Source: Takakia lepidozioides (taxonomy: Eukaryota; Plantae; Bryophyta). Taken from it: 64,000 nucleotides of DNA. Made by a program: the position numbers and the translations under genes. The notes under the pieces are model-generated. The model was given only the letters and a program-made list of their open reading frames with translations, ran no database searches and was not told where the DNA came from. Below are positions 1 through 12,144 of the stretch, piece by piece. The first letter of the stretch is position 1. Every line of letters starts with the position of its first letter. The DNA is taken from contig CM060732.1 in the NCBI GenBank assembly GCA_030704615.1, positions 36,208,001 to 36,272,000 on the forward strand, in the 5' to 3' direction.

Positions 1-391
1 AGATGCCCAACCCTGTTGTGAGGATGGTTATATACACTGGGATTGAAGACAGAGCAATGCAGTGATGTACATCAATGTGCTCTTGCATTTGCACATTAGG
101 TCACTTGGGCAAAGATCATAGAGATTATATGTAGTGAAACATGCTTCCAATCAGCATCAAGTTGTTCTACTAGACCACAAATGTAGCTGGGCACTGGAAG
201 AAGGTAAATGTTGTCATCCTTTCAGCATGTTTGATTGTGCCCTTTGATGTTGAAATCTGTGAGCACTATTGTTGTTCACATTTGCACTATGACTCGGCAC
301 TGGTAGGATCACTTCTTTTGTTGTCCTGCTTGTACACCTACAATTGATGCCCTCTGTTATCTGTTTTTCTGATTACGAGTGGCCCACGCAG

Positions 392-3300
392 GTAGCAGGA
401 GTAATCACTGGTTCCCAGATGACTGTGCTGATGATAAGTGTTCAAGAAGCACTTGAAAACAGCGAATGGGCCACTCGCAAGGCTGCGGCTGATACACTAG
501 CCCATGTGGCTACAGCTTTGGGGTCAGCCTTGACCCCCTTCAAGGCTTCCTCTACTGCTGCACTTGAGGCCTGCCGCTTTGACAAGGTACATAGATCTCT
601 TTTTATTGGTCAACCGCACATGTCTCTGGTGGCTATGTGTCATATGCGATTTTCTGTGCCCCTGGGTTTATTTAGATTGTCGGGGAAGTCAGGTAGGCTG
701 TATTAGGGCTTGCATGAGGGGAGACAATTGTGGTGCTCTTGCAAGGTATGGCACCGCTATCAGGAGAGGCTTCAAGGTGGGGATTACAAATGTGCCGAAA
801 TGTAAATTTTGGGGCCCAAATTGAGATCGTATGGGATGTTATGCATATGCCAAACATCTCTGGCACTCTGTCATGGCTTTCACATTTTTTTATTGCACTA
901 AAGTGTCTTCCACTTCGATTGGTGATGAAAATGTTTGTTTCTGTGTCAAACATGCTGGGGCATGTACACACAGCTCCTGATTTGAAGTCTGAGTGGGATT
1001 GCTGTATTTAATACCAGGTGAAACCTGTTCGAGATAGTGTTGCAGAGGCACTGCAAATGTGGAAGGCTGTCCCTGATGCTACTGGCTCAGAAACCCCTGC
1101 TCCCCCATCCTTGACTGCTAAAGGTACATTATTGCCTGCTTGGTGTGGGACTGCAACTTCTCCACCGTATAGCCGTCAGAAATATGCAGGCTGCGATTTT
1201 TCTGCCTGTGCAGAAATAAGCTTCTGCACTGAGTTCAGGGAGGATCTAAATTGCAGTGTGGTCTGTGCAGGTGGTGCTGCAATGCAGAGTCCAGACTTTG
1301 CATCTCCAATCCGATCCTTTGACATGGACACTTCTAGCCCTACTCCCCGAAAGAGCGACATGTCCCTGTTGATGAGGTCGGCTGCATCAGTTAATGCTTC
1401 GTACCCTGCTAGTACTGCCCGCTCAAAGTCCTTTCTTGAGAAAGGAGGAAGCACTTCCAAAAAGAGGACTCCTGCTCTCAGTGACAAGAAGACCAACCCC
1501 GACTTCTTTCGGAAGTTGGAGAACTGCAGGAACTCAGAGCAGAGACGCTCAGGTGACTGGCAAATTGAGGTTGCTGTTCCTCGTGGAGTCTCACCTACAG
1601 CTGATCTAGAGCAAGAAGGATTGGACAATGAAGACAATGAAGCAGGGGATGCTAACGATGGAGAGTTGGAACATCAGGGCATTTCAATCATGGCATTCAC
1701 TACAACTGACTCGGCAAGTCTTATGAATGGTTTTGGTGTGTTCGTAACACCCAAGGATGGTACAGACTTCCAAGAGAAGACTGAATCAGGCAGGCGATCT
1801 AGTGAGCTTGCGAGCAAAAGCAAGACTGCAGGTATGTTGGCCAGGATTCTCTTATCCAATAAGGTGTCCTGCTGAGGTTCTTTCCTGTCAGGCATTACCA
1901 AGCCTTGAGGTGGCTTGTGGCGATGTCGACGATGGGGCACCATTTTTTATCCAACTAGTTTAAGACTTTTTGTCCTTTTGAGTCTAGCAATAGGTTGGAT
2001 AGAGCTAGCTTCCACTGTTGACTTGTTGAACAATGTTTGGGGAGGCAGGTGTAAATGGTGTGGGATTGAAGAAAGTGCCAACTCCAGAATCTCTGGAGAA
2101 TGCGATGCCGTGGCTGGACAGGCCACAGCAACAGCAGGATGTAGAGCAACATTCTTGGGATGCAAGTGTGCCTGCCACCAGCCCTTCTAGCAGTACTGCC
2201 AGTTATGATGATGCTGCTGTCCCTGGTGGTGGCTCGGCAACGATCCGTCGCCAATTCCATAATCTGGAGCGGCAACAGTGCACCATCATGGAGATGCTCC
2301 AGGTCTCCTTCCTTTGCTTCTGCTCAGTAATTTTCTCAGTGGCCCTGATGGACCCACCTAACATGCTCGAGTCAAGGACAGGCTCTAAGCAAGCCTGATA
2401 GCAGCCCATTGTCACTAGATCAAAGTGTGAAACGTGTTCAACATAAAGTATTAGATTCTTCTTTTGCTTTGTGTTTGTCCAGTGCAAGAGTGTATGATAT
2501 TTGCTCTCTGCATACTGGTTCAACTTATCTGTCATGCTGAGTACGCAAAACCTGAGATGAACTAGAAGATTTTGCTTTGCTTTTTTGTCATGGATGACAC
2601 AGCAATGCTATTCATCTGTCATGGAATACAAATCAGACATTCATTATTTTGGGTTGGGATGGTACGATGGGCTCCTTTGAGGCTGCAGGATGCTCCCAGC
2701 CAATGTCTCCCTTGTTGTTCTTGAGATGGTGATACCAAAATGCAGGAAGGGTAGTGATCTGTGTGGTATGCTATGCTACATCCATTGCAATCACATTTTA
2801 GTGTTCACCCTCATCATTGCTTAAAATGGCTACCTGCACACTCAAGCACATGAAAATGGAGAAAGGTTCATGTTACTTGTACGTAGTAACTGCTTCAAGG
2901 GAGAGTGGGTTGGCAGTAAATGCCTTCTGGAAATTGGCTCTTGAAACCTGTTCGTCTTTGTGCAGACATTGGGTAGCTCTGTGTTCCTTGCCTGTGCAAT
3001 GTAGATCGAGGCCACCATATGCTTAGCTAGAATGAACACCTGAAAGAATGTCTTGGGATGTGGAATGTGCAGGAGTTCATGATCAGTGTTCATGACAGCA
3101 TGCAAGGTTTGGAAGGAAGGGTGCGGAGAGTGGAGCGGGTGGTTGATGACATGGCTCGAAGTGCAAATCAGGGAGCTGATCGATTGCCCAACGGTACTTT
3201 TCCAGCATTTGAAGGTGCCAGTGGTCGGTCTCTCAGCAAATTCCTGGCTGGTGCTGATTTTCTCAGCTCTAAGATCAGGAAAGCAAATGGGGAAAGGCCA

Positions 3301-4747
3301 ATGTTTGCGGAAAGACTGTCGGAATCAGTTCCTTCTAGTGCAAGGAGCAGAGAATCGTCATGGAAGGCTGTCGACTCCGGCTTAGATGCATGGAATGGTT
3401 TTGCCTATGGAGCCAGTCTTCGCAATGGAGGGAACCCCATAGCCGATGCATCATGTCGAGTCAACCTGGGGGTGGCCTCTGAACTTGTGGGGAGGGGCCG
3501 GGATGATTTGGAGACTGAACAAGTGGTTAACCGGAGAGTTTGGGATAGGGGTTCTGGTCCTGTTCGGCAGGGTGAAGGGCCCTCCGCAAGGAGCGTGTGG
3601 CAAGCTTCCAAGGATGAGGCCACATTGGCTGCCATTCGAGGTGCAGCCCCACCTGACAAAACATCCCCACGCCCAAGTGACACAAGTAGCGACTACAAGA
3701 GCAGCACTGGAAACAAGGGTGGGGGTGGACCCTTTTGGATGCTTTGGAGCCGCGCAATAGAAAGTGTCCTTACAGGTGACCTGGATACAGCCTATGTAGA
3801 GATCCTGGGCAGTGGAGATGAGCTCCTGCTGGTGCGGATGATGGGTCGCACAGGCCCTGTGCTGCAGCAACTCAGCCCTGCTACTGCGCTGCAGCTAGTT
3901 CGCACTATCATCCAGCTGCTCCAGCAGCAGAGTTTCCTCGATTGCATTCTCCCTTGGATCCAACAGGTGCGCTGTCTGCATTGCCCCTTGCCCTGCCTCT
4001 CTTGTCCCATGGGCCTCTAGGTCTCACATATGTAATTAAGCTCTGCGTCTCCCTCTCTGTGAGTACACGTCTGCTCAGTACTGTGTGGGGAAGAACATTT
4101 CATACTTATATGTGATCTTAGATGAGGATACGAAGGGTAGAATGTGGCCGCAGTATTTCTGACCGTGCTTCTGCACTTGATTATTGATTATGAAAGTCGA
4201 ATGGTAGAATGCCAGTTGTTGCTCATGAGTTCCAGCTCTTCCTAGGCAGAAGAGGTGCCCTTTCTAGTGTCTTCATCTGTAAAGTATTATCTTTGCCTAT
4301 CTTCTTGACATCAAATCTCCTTAAAGTTCACATAAATGAGCATCAGTCTCTATTCTTACTGGAAGACATTGTCCTACTCGTTCCTTTTTCAAGCACTGAG
4401 CACACATGAATTGGGCACCATACCACCTGTTGCATGTGTTCTGTACACCTGTGTATTGTGTTAATGCTAAACTTGCAGATTAGATTCAGGAGCCAGCCAT
4501 TAGAACATGGCAATACGTAACAAGCATTCATGCATTTGAATCGTGGCTGGAACAGGTGACAGATTTGATCACAAGCAATGGTGCCGACTGCTTGGGGCTT
4601 TCAGGCGAGGTGAGAAAAGAGTTGGTGACTGGCCTTCAGGATGCTTCAGCTATGGAATTTTCTGAGGCATGGATGGCCAGTACAATTGGACAATTGGCCT
4701 TGCAGCTGGCAAATGCATGGTCAATTGACAGTGGCCTTCCAGAGTAG
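392..4747 (+). CDS. TORTIFOLIA1/SPIRAL2-family microtubule-associated protein, 3' part (5' exons outside window). Exons 392-586, 1018-1123, 1271-1831, 2049-2302, 3073-3966, 4556-4747
   Basis: Family motifs SEWATRKAAADTL, RFDK|VKPVRDS, DWQIEVAVP, GEGPSARSVWQASKDEATLAAIR, GDLDTAYVEILGSGDELLLVRMMGRTGPV. All introns are GT-AG and exon phases join in frame to a TAG at 4745-4747. Confidence 0.92.
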
Positions 4748-6268
4748 CTATTTTTAGGCTTGTTTTGTCCCAGGTCTCCTCTGCAGGGGCCTTTTGAGTA
4801 AGCCTTGTTCTATCAGACTTGTTATTGTGGAACTCAGTGTACACTAAGTAGCAGAGTTTATTTGCACTACAGTGCAAATTGTTTACCAGTAGGCACATGC
4901 GGAAGGACGGTGTGCAGTAGTAGGAATGCTTTTTTGTGTGGTTCTGATGTCTTCCTTCATAGTAATCATGAACAAATACCTTGAGCAGTCCATGACCACT
5001 GCAATACATGCACTCCGTCAAATGCAAGCCTCTGCACTGATGGTGTTCAAATGATGCTGCTGATTTCCAGTGCGACATACTCAACACTTGTGCTTCTACT
5101 TTTACTTCTGGAGAGTAGGGCACTTGTTTCCGTTTGGTGCACCAGAATCCATTGCTCAATTTCCATGTCATCTTAAGAAAAAACTCAGTGTATGTCTTGC
5201 TTCACAACATTGTCTTTCATCAAACGTAGTACTGTTTACACTGGCCGAGTACTTCGGAGATATTGGTCACAACGGCGGCATGATGGCCGAATCCATCTCT
5301 CGTTGGGCCGAGGTTCCTCGTGAAATTTCTGGGCTCTAGTTGCAGAAATGCCAACAGAGAGTGGTTACTATCTAACTCATCTCGCTGCGAGGTTGGACTC
5401 TTTCTATGAAGGAGCAGATTTAAGGAATAACTTGGAAGCCCAGATCGAACTGTTGTTCCTCCTGCTCATGTGACTTCTTGACGCTCAACATCACAGCCGG
5501 AATTAGCACTTGAATCCCTGATCCGAACAAAGACACCCGAGGTTGCTGCAGCCTGTCGATCATCACCAGAATGCACTGCAACATGTTGCAAAGGATCATA
5601 CCTCGCAGAGACAGAAGTTGCCAAATTGCTGCGAGAAGATTATCTAGCCATGCATCCGCGCTGTGCAAACGCAACCTGTATCCACCAGATTTGCAGTTGG
5701 TTGGAGCGAATCTGCGGGCATGGCAAATCGGGAAGCTCACACTCGCCCGCCTCACTCCATAGGAGCCACCAACTCGCTGAGGATGTCCGTTCCGCTGACT
5801 TTGGAAGCATCCTACAAATCTCGTGTAGATAGAAAAGGTGGCACAGCTGCCCGCCAGGTCAGATTCGTACAACTTCAGTTCCGTGGAGGCCACGTGGCCC
5901 CACACAGACACTCTATCAAATATCACACTGTCGCTGTAGCATCTTGCTCGCCCCCCTTTCAGATATTTCCATTCTTACATTTATTTAATTACTCTATTTA
6001 CTGTGTGTCGCCAAGTTCGAAGCCGGATACTACTAATCTCAGATATTTGGTTCAGATCATTTCAATTTTCACCTACTTTTAAACAATTGTTTTTTATTTG
6101 TCCCATGCATTTACCATATAAAGAAACTCCTACTAATTTCAGGGGTCTCTTTAGCCGGCGCTTCTGGAATCCATGATTCTACTGATAACTCAAGGTCCGC
6201 AAAAATTAACTCAAAACTTCATTGGACGCGGCTCCCTTGCAAAAGGGGAAAATTAACTGTTTACACTA

Positions 6269-6545
6269 AGTAGAGTCCTTCGACGTCGGGTGTTTATTAA
6301 TTCAAATTTTGTTTATCTGAAATATTCAGAAAAGTAATGACCTCAATGTCGAAGTGATAAAGATTCTTTCGTGTTAGGGTTATCCTCTAGAGGATATACC
6401 TTAATTATCTCTCTAGAGGTAATTTAAATGTATGTGACAAACTTGTTCAAAAACTGTAAAAATCTAAATTTAGGTGCCGAACCTACTTTCTCCAAAATAA
6501 TTAAATATTCGGCAGCAATGCGCTGGACATTGAAGGACTCTACGG
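6269..6545. mobile_element. Probable MITE (Tc1/mariner/pogo-like)
   Basis: GTAGAGTCCTTCGACGTC (6270-6287) is an imperfect inverted match to GACATTGAAGGACTCTAC (6526-6543). TA lies just outside both ends. AT-rich non-coding interior with palindrome TATCCTCTAGAGGATA. Confidence 0.5.
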
Positions 6546-7716
6546 TATTAGACATAGGATGGGAGCTGAATGCAAGGGTGCGTAAATGATCTTACAAATT
6601 TTATTAATAGATTAAACTAGACGGCGAACTTTTATTACAATCTTATGATGCTTGCGGATCCAGATCAACTTTCTAAGTTGAATTATTTCGGCAATCAGTG
6701 CGGACCCGGGTTAAGTTAGAAGTAGGGTATAATGACAGAGCTGAAAATGGAAAGGAAGCATAATTGGAAAAATAGGTCTACAATGCCTGAGGGCTTTTTT
6801 GGACAATTTACTAGAAAAAGATAGGTGATGAAGAAGGAGTTAAAAGTAGAAACCTTTGGTGGAAACGTTGGACGACAAATGCGTTGCATGAAAACTGTTC
6901 ACAAAAGATCTCAAAGTCTTGTGAGGAGCCAATGGCAGGCGACGGTGCGATGATGAGAGGCGCAAAGCAGCTGAGAAGTTGCAGTGCAAGAATCGTGAAG
7001 CTGCAGCTCACATCGCCTGCAGTGCGAGGAGTGAGGAAGATAGTTTTGCATGGATTGAGTGACTTGGAAGGGATGCAAAATATCTGCCAGGCGCCTTGAG
7101 ATGATGGTGGAAAGTGTAGGCCAGACCTTCGTACTGTCCTGACTTGCTCACTTTCTACGGCCTCCTGACCTAATTCAGCCATCATCGCAGTCCTCTGTAC
7201 TCTCCCAGGATCCGATTTTTTCAAGAATGTTATATGTGTAGTTTCTGTGAAGGAATTTCACGACTAGAAAGACTAAGTTTGATCCATGCCATACTGTGCT
7301 CTTCAACCTTCTTCTCTCAAGGCCTCTGTCGCTGGACTCTCCTAGTTCTTTCAGCACCTGTCGAACGTTCTTAGTAGACCGTTGGTCCTTGGATCTGCCG
7401 CTTCGGATCAGATAAAATTTCGGTTGTTTTCACAAGGAACTTTGCACAGTCTTGGCGTGCTACCTGTCTTGTGAAATCTGGTTTAATCCTCAGACGTAGC
7501 AAATGCAACGGACTTTCTGGCAAAATTTGCTGAACGGTGTTGCTGTCCAATTTCCCCCCGACAGAGTCACAGATTGCATCTCTTCTGAGATTCAGCTGAG
7601 CACAGAAAATTGAGAACTGTGCATAATCCCCGCAGCTGCCGAGGAAATTTAATCCCGCAGAAGACCAGTTGCCCTTAGCTTGAGAGCTGGTGTGATCCTC
7701 GCAGCTGCCAGAGAAC

Positions 7717-10700
7717 ATGTTGGAAATGGTACACCAACTCACCAAAACCGGAGTAGATGTTATTGGATCTCGGATCAAGAATTCTGGAGATAAGGGGGAG
7801 CAGTCTGTCAAGCTCAAGAGGGTCGCATCGGACGTGTCTATTGTATCAAACGATGCGACAATTGACCGATCAACCATGCCAATACTTGTATCAATGGCGT
7901 CTATCCCATGTCCACCAGCCAGTAGCAATTCTAACAGCGGATGTCCAGAGAACACGGAGTCTTCAGCTGAATCCGAAGGTCCAGTGGAGAGCTCAACCAT
8001 GTCCGGTTCAGATTTCAAGGTCTTGGAGACGGTGCCGCCGCTGCAGAGAAGTCTGTCTGCGGTGTCCATGTTAACTTCGGATTCTGCTTTTAAACATGAT
8101 GAGGCTTTAGAGGAGGTAGCCGAAAGCAATTGGAGCGAGCCAGAGTCGTCGGACGAGGACACTAGTAATCGCATGGTAACCTCCCTTCTGCTTATCTCGC
8201 TCTCTCCCGTTTTCCCTCCAAGCTACGTGTAGTCGAGAGCGTTAGGTGAGACCAATTCAAGATGAGCTGACCGTCTGTCTTTCTAAACCAGACCAGTCAG
8301 CGACTTTGCAAAGCGTGTCCATCATATCATGAACCATATAGAGTCTACTGCACTACTATAATGCAGAGAGAGGTTTCTTAGTAAATTTTAGGTGAACCTA
8401 CTATCCACACACAGTTGTGCTGGCCATGGGTATGTACTTCTGATGGTCACCTTGACTGTAGAGTTACCCGCCAATGTCTCCAGCATAACAAGAAACTACA
8501 ATGAGATATTTCCAAGAATTGCCAAGCTGATTGGACCACAAAGCTTCATCTGGTTATCGGACTTCCGACGCCACATCCTCCTTTCTTTCTAGTGAGGTGT
8601 CGTGAACAAATGACATAGTCCACCTTTCTAAGCGAAATTGGCTTCCGTTTCCTTAAGCAGAATATTTTGCTGGCAGTGGAAATTCGTTTTGAGTTCTGCA
8701 ACAACAGATCGGAAATGACGGATGTTTCTTCTCTCTGGGCTTCTTCCCTCCCTCCCTGCTTAAGGAGTGGAGAACTGAAGGGGAATGATTCTTTGATCTA
8801 GGCAAACTCATCGATTGGAGTGCTATCTTGCAGATCCCAAGGAATCCAGAGTCAGCAGGGTCGAAATGGACAGATGACAGGCATTTCTCTTACTTGAACT
8901 CTATCGAGGCCTCCTTTGTGAGGAGCATGTATGGACCGGGGTATTGTGCTGTGGATTCTGAACAAGATTGTGTGGAGTCTCGGTCAGGTGACCCCTACGC
9001 TTGCTGTACATCAACACCCCCTATTGAGGTTGGTCTTTGTGCTGATTCACGTTTGATAATTGACCTAACCAGCTTTTCATTGATGGAGGTGAACCAGTGA
9101 AATTACAGAGGATTTGGAATATGTTCCAAATGTTTTTGACTGTAGGTAACCCGTTTCTACAGTTGCTTAATTCATTTCCCGGATAACTCTGACCTGTCAG
9201 GGTAAGGTTTTACTGGATGGTGTAAGCTACGCTGGATTCTTATCTTGCCCTTCATTCCAGTTCAGATGCTAGGAAGAAAGGATGCTATCAGCTGTGTTTC
9301 AAGTATAATGTTAATGATTCTTCTTGTTTGTGGTACAGTTGTTCAAATTACTACAAGGAGGATCTTACCGAGAGAGAGCCTACTACCGGCCCCAGATGAT
9401 GGAGTCTGCCCTTCTTCCACTGACAGTGGTTGCCAGCCCTTGGATTCGTCACTTCCAACCTAACAGCGCCTCAAATCAGGCAGGGACCTTTTCGAAGGGT
9501 CTAGGTAATGAAGTCCTCATTGACAACAAGTTTGTCATTGAAGAAATGAGTGAGACTGTTAAGGAAAGGAAGGCACCAGTGAAAGATGGAGGGATAGAGA
9601 AGGGCAGGTTGATGGGAGTGAATGGAAACGGAAAGGCTGATGACAGTGAGGAACTGCAACAAGTAATTTCTGAGAGTGGGTCTGAGGTCCCAGATCTGGA
9701 TCAGGCTCTGTGCTTTTGGCAGCATCGACTTCAGAGCCATACGAAAGCATCTGGAAGTGGTAATATAAGACAGGATTCCCCAAATACGATTAAGAAGCGA
9801 TATTTGGACGCTGAACTCAGCAGTGGTACACCCTAAACTAAGCCTGTGTGGTGTGTTGGAAAAATGTTTTAGCTTGTGCTTGCAGTACAGTCTATCCTGC
9901 CTGGGGTTCACATGAAGAGTACATTGAAAACCTATGTGCAGTCTTTAGAACAGCTACGTGTTGTGAGATGCAAAGAGAATCAACTGGGGATAGAGAGGTT
10001 GGAGCAAGATCTCTGACTAGTACTGCAATTACTATGTTGATACAAAAGCCACCGATACATTGAATTCCTGGAACTGACCAGTGCAGGCAAAAGAAATTAC
10101 AGGAGAGTAGTTTCTCTGGATATTGTTAGCTTCGATATTTTCCCAGAGTTTCTGCTTCCTTTCTATAGCATCTTTACATGGCAGGGTCTGCAAGACGTTG
10201 TACCACTAGTTACTGGTCCTCAATTATCAATTCAGAGAGTTTATCCATCCACTTGCCCTGAATCATTTTGTAGCTGCAGGCTTTGCCACCCCAACCCCCC
10301 ACTACCACCACCAGGAGAGTGACTCATAGTCAACATCTGGAAAATTATGAGTGATGAAGAGTGAGGTGCCCTCAGCCAGAATACAACCTCAGACGTCTAA
10401 GAAATGCAAATGTCATATGAAGCTTGGACAGAAGGATTTATTTTGGTGCATTTTACAGAGGGTGGTCTGTTTGTGTGCAGCTGATGTGTACCCTGCCAAG
10501 AAATTCAAAACAACACAGCAAGAGCTTACATGGAAAGACCTAAAGATGTTAAAACAATATGTGGTTGAACAACGGGGCCAGGTAGAGGCTGAAGGTTCTG
10601 ATTACCAGCTAGCAGAGGCTGGAAAAGGATCTGGAGATGAGAAACTACTGAAGCATAGAAACCAGTCTCTGTTCAGAGCAACTTCTAGTGTTGAAAATGA

Positions 10701-11009
10701 CAGGACTTCTATATCTGGCTCTGAACCTTGGAAGGCTGCACAAAATATCCGTTATAGTATGATGGCAGGAAGAGTGGGGGGCAACTGTTCACCTTCCATT
10801 TTGATCAGGTATTGAGAACATCCTAGATTTGTCTAATAATTCGGACGTTTTAAATCTATGGTTATGGTCCGGGAAGTGTTTGTAATTAGAAACCCTATTC
10901 CAGCATTGACAGGATGACAGGGCACAGCAAAAGAACAAATGGAAGTAAGAGCACCAGGACCAGCACCAGCAGTTGTGGAAATAGGGTATTCTCTACTTGG
11001 AAATGCTGA
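7717..11009 (+). CDS. COLD-REGULATED 27/28-like protein. Exons ~7717-8175, 8834-9028, 9339-9825, 10481-10808 and a tentative last exon 10913-11009 (alternative stop at 10815)
   Basis: Motifs KWTDDRHFSYLNSIEASFVRSMY, FKLLQGG and VASPWIRHF match the conserved COR27/28 blocks. GT-AG junctions keep frame. Confidence 0.75.
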
Positions 11010-12144
11010 AGGGTGGTATGTGCATGAGATTCACTGCCTAAGGGAAAAAAATGTCACGAAAATTCGTTGTCCTTCAGTCCCAGCATCTTACTTCAAACAA
11101 ATGAGATAGAGAGTAGTGCTGAATGTAGATTAATTTGCTCACTTTCACAATCTAATAATATCATTTTTCGCTGCTTTTCGTGTGCAGGTCGTTCCCTTAC
11201 TTGGACAACCAGAATGTGAAGTGGGACAAACAAGCTAGTTGAGAAACAGGTTCCTCTCCCCAAAAATGCTAGTTCTTGCACAGCAATCCAGGCAATTCTG
11301 TCCCTCCAAAAGGAACTGGTGGTGTTGCAGACCTCAAGAGGTGATTCTTAATAGGCAGAACATATGTTCCTCAAGGTATTATATGGCAACAGCTCCGCAC
11401 TTGGTACACCTAGGAAAAGGCTTGATGAACAACACTCAGCTCAACACTCAGCTCAGGAGAAAACAGCAAGTTGAATTCAAGAAAAGCTACAACTGTGAGT
11501 TGTCACATAAAGTCGTTGCATCCTCTAAAGTACAATTCTTAACACAAACTGCAGCGACAAATCCATGAATTAGGGGAAGATAGAAAACTGGACTTGGCTG
11601 GGTCACCCTCGTCTCACCTGATAGATGAGCAAAGAAAATTGCAGAAGTCTGCACACCTGTGTGGTAGGAATTTATGCAGATTTTGTGAATACAGCTCTCT
11701 TTTTTCTCTTTGGTGAGCTTACCAGCTCCTTCTGATGAATCTACACCTGCATGGTTGGTTGGACTTATGTATAGGGTATTACCTTCTTGGTTCTCAAGTA
11801 GAATGCCAATGGTAGAGTGCCGTGGCAGAGTCATGCTTGCAAAATAGCTAGGGTAGGATGACAGGCGGCCCTCAGAATGCTGAGTTGTCTTCAACACCTG
11901 TCTTGGGTGTCTGAGATACCGGCATAACATGCAAAGTGGGGAGGAGAATCCACTACCTCTGGCAGAGATCAAATCCAGAACTGAACAAAGTTGACCACAA
12001 AGGTCAATGACAAGCCAAGACCGGCAAAAGCTTGACTCAAACAACCAACTTCCACAGGGAAGTGGTGTTTGGAGTGGGGAAATCAAGTGTAACTTGGAAA
12101 TGCCAGACATCAAGTCAGATTGCGGGCTACAGTTCTGTGCTTCA

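Noticed and set aside
5420-6082. ORFs of 139-168 aa between the TOR1-like and COR27-like genes
   Set aside because: No recognisable motifs and no supportable exon structure.
7371-8174. 267-aa minus-strand ORF
   Set aside because: Antisense shadow of the first COR27-like exon.
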